The notes under the pieces were generated by a model that saw only the letters and a list, made by a program, of their open reading frames with translations, was not told where the DNA came from and ran no database searches. The translations under genes were made by a program, and so were the position numbers. From Candidatus Omnitrophota bacterium (GTDB lineage Bacteria; Omnitrophota; Gorgyraeia; Zapsychrales; Zapsychraceae), in contig JAJDCB010000030.1 of assembly GCA_029261065.1 (NCBI GenBank), positions 196,876 to 260,875 on the forward strand: 64,000 bases of DNA. The letters are read 5' to 3'. Shown here piece after piece: positions 19,847-27,532 of the stretch (position 1 is the first letter of the stretch; the number at the start of each line of letters is the position of its first letter).

Positions 19847-22039
19847 ATGTCAAATCCTAAACTAACCCTTATTAAATCGATTACCTTCTTATCGGCCTTT
19901 TTGATGTTTCAAATTGAGCTTATTATAGGAAAGATTTTTTTGCCAAATTTTGGCGGAAGTTTTGTCGTTTGGGGAGCCTGTGTCGTTTTTTTTCAAGCGG
20001 CATTGTTGTTAGGGTATATGTATTCCCATTGTGTCGTTCAAAAAATAGGTATATATAAATATCGTTATATTCATCTCATTTTATTAGGGCTGCCATTTTT
20101 GTTCTTTCCAGGAAAGCCGTTGGCGATGCGTTATGAGATTAGTACGCTTCCTATGGTTCTTGAAATATTTTTAAAGCTTATTTTTACCATTGGTCCAGCT
20201 TTTTTTGTGCTCTCAACGATGAGCATTATTTGGCAGGCATGGTTGTCACAATCCACTATTGAAGAGCGATCAAATCCGTATACTCTCTTTGCCGTTTCCA
20301 ATTTTGGCTCTTTTGCAGCTCTTCTTACATATCCTTTTTTTATAGAATCTTATTTAGATCTTTTTCAACAGCAACATATCTGGCGGTGGATGTATGTAGG
20401 AATGTTTTTTCTTCAGGCGCTGGCTTTATTTGTAGTGAATGTCGATAAAAAACTGGATAGCAAGCGTGAGAAGGTTAAGAAAGTCTCTCTCTCTAAAGGA
20501 ATGCCAATCTTAATTTATGGAGCTGCGGGTGTCATGATTTTTTTATCTGTCACAAGCATTATCACAGCCGAGATTGTACCCATGCCTTTGTTGTGGGTTC
20601 TACCGTTAACACTCTATTTGTTTTCTTTTGTTTTGATTTTTAAAAAGAAGTCCTGGGCTCCTGCGTGGATGGTTAAGCGTTTTGATGTGTTAGTAGGGTT
20701 TGCTGTTCTTTTTTATTTTTTTACACAGATGAAGGCCTTTCCTATTTTGTTTGAATTAGCTGTGCTTTTGATGATTACATTTTGGACATGTCTTTACTGT
20801 CAGTATCAGGTTTTTCGTCTTCGCCCTAAAGATTTAAGAAATTTAACATCCTTTTATTTGTATTTGGCTTTAGGTGGGTTCTTAGGAGGTGTTCTTGTGA
20901 CGTGGTTTGTTCCTTTGTTTTCGACGACATTTGTTGAATACTTCTTATCATTTTTTGTTATTTATTTGGCGGGTCTTAAGGATAAATCTTTACGATTAAA
21001 TAAATTTTATGTCGCTCGTCTTTGTCTTTATGTTCTTGCTATTCTTTTTGTCTGGCCTTTGGTGTTTAAGCAGTACAATTTTTGGGGAATGATTTTGATT
21101 ATTGCTGTGATGAGTTTTGCCTTTAAGGAATTAGCTCGGCATCGCTTTGGGATACTTAGCGTATTGTTGATTTTATCTTCTTCTTTAAATGTTCTGGAGC
21201 CGATTTGGAACAAGCAAGTCGACATTTATCGTGATCGTAATTACTATGGTATTAGCAAAATTTCAGAAGAAGAGGGGGTAAGGTATTTTCTTCATGGGGC
21301 AACAATTCACGGGGCGCAATTTTTAAACCCAAAAGGCCTCGATATTCCTTTAACTTATTTTTCATCCACGTCTCCGATTGGAGAAGTTATGCAATCCGAT
21401 AATTTTGATTTTAGAAAAATTGGTGTAATCGGTTTAGGTGTTGGGACGTTAGCTACATATTTAAATGATGGGGAACATCTAGATTTTTTTGAGTTGGATC
21501 CTGATGTTGAAAGTTTGGCGAAGAATTATTTTTCATATTTAAAGAACGCCAAAGGAAAGATTCAACATTTTACGGGTGATGCCCGAATTACTTTAGAAAA
21601 GATGCCGTTACAGAACTATCAATTGTTAGTAGCAGATGCCTTTAGCGGTGATGCCGTTCCTGTCCATTTGATAACAGAGGAGGCTATGCATCTTTATCAA
21701 AAACATTTAGCCCCGGAAGGGTTGGTGTTATTTAACATCACGAATCGCTATATTAATAATCAATACCCCATATTAAGCACGGCTCTTAGTACTGATGCTA
21801 AATTGTGTTATAAGGTTGCAAATTTTGATAGTGTTGTGTTTTTTTCATCCACTTGGGTTGCGGTCACATGGAATGATGAGGTTTATAAGACATTAACAGA
21901 AGAGATGGGGTGGTTAACAGTGGATAAAAATTTGGCAAAAAGGGTAAGAAAATGGAATGATCGATATACGAATATTCTACCTTATGTCAAATTTAAAGAA
22001 CTTGGCTATGCCCTTAAAAATTTTGATTTTTTAAGATGA
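19847..22039 (+). CDS. fused MFS-like membrane / spermidine synthase-like SAM-dependent protein
   Basis: FFQAALLLGY, PYTLFAVSNFGS, HGATIHGAQ, GVIGLGVGTLA, GDAR, DAFSGDAVPVHL. Confidence 0.88.
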   Translation: MSNPKLTLIKSITFLSAFLMFQIELIIGKIFLPNFGGSFVVWGACVVFFQAALLLGYMYSHCVVQKIGIYKYRYIHLILLGLPFLFFPGKPLAMRYEISTLPMVLEIFLKLIFTIGPAFFVLSTMSIIWQAWLSQSTIEERSNPYTLFAVSNFGSFAALLTYPFFIESYLDLFQQQHIWRWMYVGMFFLQALALFVVNVDKKLDSKREKVKKVSLSKGMPILIYGAAGVMIFLSVTSIITAEIVPMPLLWVLPLTLYLFSFVLIFKKKSWAPAWMVKRFDVLVGFAVLFYFFTQMKAFPILFELAVLLMITFWTCLYCQYQVFRLRPKDLRNLTSFYLYLALGGFLGGVLVTWFVPLFSTTFVEYFLSFFVIYLAGLKDKSLRLNKFYVARLCLYVLAILFVWPLVFKQYNFWGMILIIAVMSFAFKELARHRFGILSVLLILSSSLNVLEPIWNKQVDIYRDRNYYGISKISEEEGVRYFLHGATIHGAQFLNPKGLDIPLTYFSSTSPIGEVMQSDNFDFRKIGVIGLGVGTLATYLNDGEHLDFFELDPDVESLAKNYFSYLKNAKGKIQHFTGDARITLEKMPLQNYQLLVADAFSGDAVPVHLITEEAMHLYQKHLAPEGLVLFNITNRYINNQYPILSTALSTDAKLCYKVANFDSVVFFSSTWVAVTWNDEVYKTLTEEMGWLTVDKNLAKRVRKWNDRYTNILPYVKFKELGYALKNFDFLR

Positions 22040-22060
22040 TCGTTGAGCGCGGCTTTATTT

Positions 22061-22089
22061 TTGCATATATCTTCAGAACCCGTTATAAT
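22061..22089 (+). promoter_or_regulatory. sigma70 promoter of ssrA
   Basis: TTGCAT-N17-TATAAT, 37 nt upstream of the mature tmRNA 5' end. Confidence 0.75.
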
Positions 22090-22126
22090 TAATGACATAG
22101 ATTTGATCATTTAAATTAAAGGCTCC

Positions 22127-22542
22127 GGGGGTGACATGGTTTCGACTTGGGTTATCGGAGTTTGAGTGGCATGCGGAGGACGTCTGGTTGGCCTCCTAAA
22201 AAATCCAGGCACACAATAAACGCTAACGATGAAACGTTGACGTTTGCTAGCTTGACTAATTCAACAATGGACAGCGATGTTCCTGTTGAACCATCACTAG
22301 CAACAGCACCAGCCTTATCGGTCTAATTCACTGGTAAGCCCTCTTGTAGCAGGCCTGTGGGTTACAAGTGGAACAAGCAGGCTGGTCTTATAAATTTGCT
22401 TCATTTATAAGATAAGATTTAGAAGCTAGTTTCATTTACGTTTGTTTATTTAGAGAAGTGAAGCGAAATTAAAAATAAACTAAGCATGTAGAAGCTCTTA
22501 CAAAGGAACCAAAGGACCGGGGTTCGATTCCCCGCACCTCCA
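22127..22542 (+). ncRNA. ssrA: tmRNA
   Basis: 5' GGGGGTGACATGGTTTCGAC, GCATGC helix, ATAAAC-GCT resume signal with ANDE... tag, 3' T-arm CGGGGTTCGATTCCCCG and CACCTCCA acceptor with G3:U wobble; smpB is nearby; CCA is not encoded. Confidence 0.97.
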
Positions 22543-22649
22543 TTTAGTTGTAGTGCATCTCCACCCCATTGAGGTGCATAGGCTTATGATAGTATATTGT
22601 TTTAATTCTCGATTGGTGCCCATTTAGTGCCCAAAGTATCACATTTTTC

Positions 22650-22677
22650 TTGCATTCATTCTATTGACTATTATAAT
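22650..22677 (+). promoter_or_regulatory. cassette-internal promoter, probably leaderless
   Basis: TTGCAT-N16-TATAAT; ATG 22684 is 6 nt downstream with no SD. Confidence 0.7.
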
Positions 22678-22683
22678 AAACCC

Positions 22684-22893
22684 ATGAGTAAGATTTTTAA
22701 TCCTTTAAAAGATGTAGGTCGATTGATTGAGCCATTTCCTGGCGAATGGGTCACATTATCTTCTGATAAAAAGCAAGTTGTTGGGCATTCAAAAAAAATG
22801 GAAACAGCATTAAATCAAGCTTACAAAAAAGGCGTTGAACATCCTTTCCTTATTAAATCTCCTGATGGTAACATCGCTGCAGTCATCTATTGA
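22684..22893 (+). CDS. DUF5678-like small protein (69 aa)
   Basis: FPGEWVTLSSDKKQVVGHS..ALNQAYKKG pattern; the 69 aa paralog in cassette 2 fixes the start. Confidence 0.8.
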   Translation: MSKIFNPLKDVGRLIEPFPGEWVTLSSDKKQVVGHSKKMETALNQAYKKGVEHPFLIKSPDGNIAAVIY

Positions 22894-23333
22894 GTTATAT
22901 CACTCTCCCATATACAGAATTAGTTATTCCGGCAAAAAACAATAGGCCAAGAAAGATTGTTCGTCGTCCATTATTAAATACAAAATTATTTTATGGTAAG
23001 GCAGAAACGATGTTTGATTTTTCATCTCTTGTAGACTCTGGTGCCGATTTTTGTATCTTTCCTGCAAAGTATGGATCGATACTCGGGTTGGATGTTAAAA
23101 AAGCTCAATCAATTATGACTTATGGCATTGGTGGCCAAGAGACGATATATTTTCATAAAGTTAAGATAGGTGTGTTTATTGGAAATGAGATTTGGAAATT
23201 TACAGTCAAAGCTGGATTTTCTTATAGAATGAATATAGAAGGAACAGGCTTGCTTGGTCGCAAAGGTTTTTTTGATCAATTTAAAGAAATTGTATTTAAT
23301 CAAAAGAAAAAGATGTTTCGTATAATGGAATAA
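22890..23333 (+). CDS. retropepsin-like (clan AA) aspartyl protease
   Basis: Catalytic VDSGAD, flap GIGG and GLLGR motifs; TTG start overlaps the upstream TGA. Confidence 0.85.
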   Translation: MSYITLPYTELVIPAKNNRPRKIVRRPLLNTKLFYGKAETMFDFSSLVDSGADFCIFPAKYGSILGLDVKKAQSIMTYGIGGQETIYFHKVKIGVFIGNEIWKFTVKAGFSYRMNIEGTGLLGRKGFFDQFKEIVFNQKKKMFRIME

Positions 23334-23622
23334 TTTAGTGCCCAAACGGTGCCCATCTTACACCAAAACAACGGTAACGAACCGTAACCAAATGTAAACA
23401 ACCGCATAGTTTAAATTAGTTGTATTCGACGACAATTTAGTTAATCGGTTGATATTTATGGGGTTACACCGACGGGGATTATCGATTCCCCGTACCTCCA
23501 TTTAGTTGAAGTGCATATCCATCCTGTTGCGATGTATAGACTTATGATTTCATAAAGTATTAATTTTCAATTGGTGCCCATTTAGTGCCCAAAAGTTATA
23601 GTAATTTCAATATGATTTATAA

Positions 23623-23651
23623 TTGCAAACATTATAGTTTTGTAATATGAT
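23623..23651 (+). promoter_or_regulatory. cassette 2 promoter
   Basis: TTGCAA-N17-TATGAT; ATG 9 nt later, no SD. Confidence 0.6.
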
Positions 23652-23660
23652 AAATTAATT

Positions 23661-23870
23661 ATGAAAAAGAAATTTATTCCTGAAAAAGATATGGCAGACG
23701 TTATACTCCCCTTTGCAGGGCAATGGGTCACGTTGTCGTCGGATAAGACGAAGGTTTTGGGGCATTCTAAAAAGATGGAAACCGCTTTAAACCAAGCCTA
23801 CAAAAAGGGTGAGAGTACACCACATTTAATCAAATCTCCAGATTCCAGCACCTCAGTATTTATTTTTTGA
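23661..23870 (+). CDS. DUF5678-like small protein (69 aa), paralog
   Basis: 44/69 identical to 22684-22893 by hand alignment. Confidence 0.82.
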   Translation: MKKKFIPEKDMADVILPFAGQWVTLSSDKTKVLGHSKKMETALNQAYKKGESTPHLIKSPDSSTSVFIF

Positions 23871-24310
23871 AAACACATACTTTACAATACACAAAACTAT
23901 CAATCCCCTCTCAAGGAAAAGTTCCAAAAAAGGAATTATACTGTCCTCTTTTAGATACTTTTTTATTTAACAAGTCTATTCAAACTCATTTTTCATTCAA
24001 ATCCATTGTTGATTCTGGAGCCGATTTTTGTGTGTTTCCTGAAAAGTTTGGAAAGTTGATTGGATTAGATGTTAAAGCTGGTGATAAAGTTTTAACTTTT
24101 GGTGTTGGTGGTATTGAGACACTTTATTTTCATAAAATTCAGATAGGGGTACATATTAAAGGTGAACTTTGGAAATTAGATTGTAAAGCTGGCTTTTCTG
24201 CAAAGCTAAATCCAAAAGGAATTGGTCTGCTTGGACGGAAAGGATTTTTTGATCAATTTGCAGAGATTGCCTTTAATCAAAATAAAAAAATGTTCCGTAT
24301 TAAAGAATAA
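23867..24310 (+). CDS. retropepsin-like aspartyl protease, paralog
   Basis: IVDSGADFC, GVGG, GLLGRKGFF; same 147 aa length and TTGA overlap. Confidence 0.85.
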   Translation: MKTHTLQYTKLSIPSQGKVPKKELYCPLLDTFLFNKSIQTHFSFKSIVDSGADFCVFPEKFGKLIGLDVKAGDKVLTFGVGGIETLYFHKIQIGVHIKGELWKLDCKAGFSAKLNPKGIGLLGRKGFFDQFAEIAFNQNKKMFRIKE

Positions 24311-24483
24311 TGTAGTGCCCAAATGGTGCCCATCTTACACCAAAACAACGGAAAACAACCGTACTCAAATGTAAACAATCGCACAGTTTAAATTAGTTGT
24401 TTCCGACGATATTTTAGTTAATTTGTTGATATTAATGAGGTTACAGCGACGGGGCTTATCGATTCCCCGCACCTCCACTTTGA

Positions 24484-24602
24484 TTCGCTCAAATGCTTTC
24501 GCGTTTGAGCTACGCAGAAGTAAATTCTTACTCAGATCTAAAAGTTTGAGCGAGGCGAGTGCTTCTACGAAGCTCCAACACGAAAGTATTGGAGCGTAGT
24601 AG
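24484..24602. repeat. CGTAG/CGAAG-footed REP-like hairpins
   Basis: GCTCAAATGC-TTTC-GCGTTTGAGC-TACG and CGAAG-CTCCAACAC-GAAA-GTATTGGAG-CGTAG; similar to 57510-57530. Confidence 0.6.
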
Positions 24603-24675
24603 AGCGCTGCAGTTCAAGATTATTAATTGAACGAAGCCTAAAAAATTCAAATGGTTAAAAAGTAAGGGTGAAAAA

Positions 24676-25245
24676 ATGATAAAGAAAAGTCTTCTGATTA
24701 TAATTTTACTCATGATGATATGTCCTCGCACATCAGCTGAAAGTGTGCGTGAGCGATTAAGAAAAGCTCGGATGCCTAAGGATAGTACCCATGAAAATGA
24801 GACACCTAAAAAAGTAAAACAAAAGACTACTTCTCAAGAAAGTTTATTTGGAAAACCTTTCAACCCAAGTAAGATCGAATTTAGCCCTTATTATGCAGGG
24901 CAATTATTTTTTACCGAAATTAACGAAAAAGATCTGTCATCAAGGACTGTTAGTATTATCACCCTTATTGGTGCCCATAAAGATACATTCGAGGAGGAGA
25001 AAATTGCTAGTGAGAATCAGGTTTTCCAAAAATCTAATTCTAATACGGGGAATAAGGGTGGTGGCCTGACTTTAGTTAATAAAGGAAGAATAGTACCTAT
25101 TGAGGGAGATTGGGACGTGAAGGTATCTTTAGGAAAAGTTGAAAATAATAAGATATCAGGGCATATATTGATTACCGTACCTGAGCATAATACGAAGTTA
25201 AACAGAAATTTTATCGCAAATATAAAGCCTCGTCGAAAAGAATAG
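24676..25245 (+). CDS. hypothetical secreted protein
   Basis: Signal peptide followed by ESVRERLRKAR. Confidence 0.75.
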   Translation: MIKKSLLIIILLMMICPRTSAESVRERLRKARMPKDSTHENETPKKVKQKTTSQESLFGKPFNPSKIEFSPYYAGQLFFTEINEKDLSSRTVSIITLIGAHKDTFEEEKIASENQVFQKSNSNTGNKGGGLTLVNKGRIVPIEGDWDVKVSLGKVENNKISGHILITVPEHNTKLNRNFIANIKPRRKE

Positions 25246-25253
25246 AAAACTGT

Positions 25254-25325
25254 TTTAGTGCCCCAAGGGTGCCCATCTTGCATCAAAACAACGGCATTTT
25301 AGTGTAACCAAATGTAAGCAACTGC
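25254..25325 (+). repeat. degenerate right arm of a third cassette
   Basis: TTTAGTGCCCCAAGGGTGCCCATCTTGCATCAAAACAACGG...GTAACCAAATGTAAGCAACTGC aligns with 23334-23405; no core follows. Confidence 0.85.
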
Positions 25326-25582
25326 GAAACGCCTCTCCTACATAATTCTTCCCCCCATAAGGCAGTCCCAAATAATTTTGATAGACGATTATCTAACATA
25401 ATAATCGTCAAACCACAGGTCATACTAAAAAGTATGGGCCTTGGGAGCTAAAGTTGTATATAATGTTTCAAGATAAAGTCAAAGACTATCAATTTGAAAA
25501 ACATTTAAAGTCCTATGCAGAAACGGCTTTTTTAAGAAAAAGATTAGTTTCAGGAATAAAAGGGCGAAGGAGTGTTAAGGTC

Positions 25583-26107
25583 ATGAAAAAATTATTATTA
25601 TGTGTATTAATTTTTAGTCTCACGACACCCACATTTGCTGAATCTATCAAAGAAAGGTTGAGAAAGACGCGAGAAAAAGAAAAGATGGGACTGGAAAAAA
25701 ATACTACAAGTAATAACTCTAAATTGAGAAGTAAACAGAAAAAACAAGAAACGTATGATCCTTATAAGAAAGAGGATGATGCGGTTATTCAAGAATTGCA
25801 AAAATCAGTTGATAAATCTTTAACGGATATGAAAAGAAGTGAAAAAGGTATGGTTAACGGTTTTGGCGAAACGACAGGCAATATTATTAGTAACACGGAA
25901 GAAATTCTAAAAGGAAAAAGTCTGGAAGATATTAATAGAATCAATGCAAAAATGGAACGACAATTTGAAGAAATGAAGAAGAAAGATAAAAAAGAGCGAA
26001 ATGAAAGAACTGAAAAGATGCTAGAGGATATGCGCAAAGATTCTAAACAGTGGCAGGAGCAGAATAAAGGAAAAAAGATGTCAGTTGAGAAAATATATGG
26101 CAAATAA
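25583..26107 (+). CDS. hypothetical secreted coiled-coil protein
   Basis: Signal peptide followed by ESIKERLRKTR; K/E-rich. Confidence 0.75.
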   Translation: MKKLLLCVLIFSLTTPTFAESIKERLRKTREKEKMGLEKNTTSNNSKLRSKQKKQETYDPYKKEDDAVIQELQKSVDKSLTDMKRSEKGMVNGFGETTGNIISNTEEILKGKSLEDINRINAKMERQFEEMKKKDKKERNERTEKMLEDMRKDSKQWQEQNKGKKMSVEKIYGK

Positions 26108-26230
26108 TAGTCTTTAGGGTCAATTAAGGGGGCTGAGAGCCCGTATTTGATTTGCTATTCATTAGTGGAGGGAGAGTTAGTTAAAGCGTTTGCTATTTTC
26201 TTAATTTTTTCTAAAAGGTATGGTTGAAGG

Positions 26231-26974
26231 ATGAAAGTTGCGAATATATCAATAATTAAAGGAATTATTAAAAGACGGTTTTTATTAAATTTTAGGTTGG
26301 ATCCTAAAGTTGTAGAAGACATTCTTCCCGCTCCTTTTGTTCCTAAAACTTATAATGGGTATGCTATTGCAGGTATTTGTTTGATACGCCTTGAGAATAT
26401 GCATCCAAAAATGATGCCTATTAATTGTGGATTTTCAAGCGAAAATGCTGCGCATCGTTTTGCTGTGCAGTGGCAAGATGAACATGGGAATCTTTTATCA
26501 GGCGTTTATATTCCAAGGAGGGATACTAATTCATTATTGAACCGATTGGCAGGAGGACGAATATTTTCAGGAATTCAAAATAAAGCGTACTTTGATGTTA
26601 AAGGAAATAATAATGCTTATCAGTTTGAAATGAAATCTCAAGATGAAAAAGTGTTTATCAATTTTAAAGGAAGTATATCAGCTGAGTTTCCCGCTACTTC
26701 TTGTTTTGAAAGTTTGGAACAATCATCCTCTTTTTTTGAAGGTGGTTCGTTAGGTTACTCTAAAACAGATTCACAAAATACATATGATGGAATAGTATTA
26801 GATGCCTTTGATTGGAAAGTTAAGAATTTTCATATAGATGAGTGTTATTCAAATTATTTTATGAACGAAGATCAATTCCCCAAAGGGTCTGTCGAATTTG
26901 ATCATGCTCTTATAATGGAAGACATTGATCATGAATGGCATCGAGCGCAAGAGTTGTGTTGCAAAAATGAATGA
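26231..26974 (+). CDS. DUF2071-like protein
   Basis: RRFLLNFRLDP, AIAGICLIRL, SENAAHRFAVQW, GVYIPRRDT. Confidence 0.75.
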   Translation: MKVANISIIKGIIKRRFLLNFRLDPKVVEDILPAPFVPKTYNGYAIAGICLIRLENMHPKMMPINCGFSSENAAHRFAVQWQDEHGNLLSGVYIPRRDTNSLLNRLAGGRIFSGIQNKAYFDVKGNNNAYQFEMKSQDEKVFINFKGSISAEFPATSCFESLEQSSSFFEGGSLGYSKTDSQNTYDGIVLDAFDWKVKNFHIDECYSNYFMNEDQFPKGSVEFDHALIMEDIDHEWHRAQELCCKNE

Positions 26975-27515
26975 AAAATTCCTACAACATTTTCGCGAAT
27001 CAAAATCATCAAATTCGATTTGGAATATTCTAAAAACATTATTCCAAACAGTAATTTTTTGGACGTTATTTCTTCTGATCATTCCGTATGCTATCTACAA
27101 TATGGAAATAGCTTTAAAGGTTCCATCATTTCATTTTTCTTATCAACAGTTAGTTAGCTGCAGTATCTTTTTATTAGCTAGTATATTGGGTTTGAGTAGC
27201 GGTGTTGTTTTGGCGCATTTTGGAAAAGGCACACCATTGCCATTAAATGGTACGCAATTATTAGTTATAAATGGTCCGTATCGATATATACGAAATCCCA
27301 TGGCTGTTGCGGGATTATCTCAAGGTGTTGCTGTAGGTATTTGGTATGGTTCGTGGGGTGTTATCTTATATGTTTTTTTAGGAATGTTTATATGGGATAG
27401 ATTTGTTCGGCCAATAGAAGAAGCTTATCTATTTAATAAATTTGGTGATGTATACGAGACTTATCGAAAGCACATTAAGTGTTGGTGTCCTAGTCTTTCC
27501 GGTTATTCTAAATAA
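26967..27515 (+). CDS. isoprenylcysteine carboxyl methyltransferase / PEMT family membrane protein
   Basis: GKGTPLP, LVINGPYRYIRNPMA, EEAYL..FG..Y..Y. Confidence 0.88.
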   Translation: MNEKFLQHFRESKSSNSIWNILKTLFQTVIFWTLFLLIIPYAIYNMEIALKVPSFHFSYQQLVSCSIFLLASILGLSSGVVLAHFGKGTPLPLNGTQLLVINGPYRYIRNPMAVAGLSQGVAVGIWYGSWGVILYVFLGMFIWDRFVRPIEEAYLFNKFGDVYETYRKHIKCWCPSLSGYSK

Positions 27516-27532
27516 AGAATAAGATTTTTTTA

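Larger units (their letters stand above)
22524..23500 (+). mobile_element. integrase-less att-flanked cassette 1 at the tmRNA 3' end (958 bp core-to-core)
   Basis: Direct repeat TCGATTCCCCG(C/T)ACCTCCA at 22524 and 23482; GTGCCCA pairs at both ends; IHF consensus at 23442-23454. Confidence 0.85.
23482..24477 (+). mobile_element. integrase-less att-flanked cassette 2 (977 bp core-to-core)
   Basis: Cores at 23482 and 24459; arms homologous to cassette 1; IHF consensus at 24419-24431. Confidence 0.85.

Noticed and set aside
22627-22683. GTG start at 22627 for the first DUF5678-like gene
   Set aside because: It falls in the arm repeat upstream of the promoter. The paralog aligns from ATG 22684.
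22684-24310. Retroelement gag-pro with programmed -1 frameshift
   Set aside because: No RT or integrase is present, and the T-rich slippery run occurs only in cassette 2. The conserved TTGA overlap is adequately explained by translational coupling.
23472-24477. Extra tRNA/tmRNA genes at 23482 and 24459
   Set aside because: Only the last 19 nt match. There is no 5' acceptor strand or D/anticodon region, so these are att cores.
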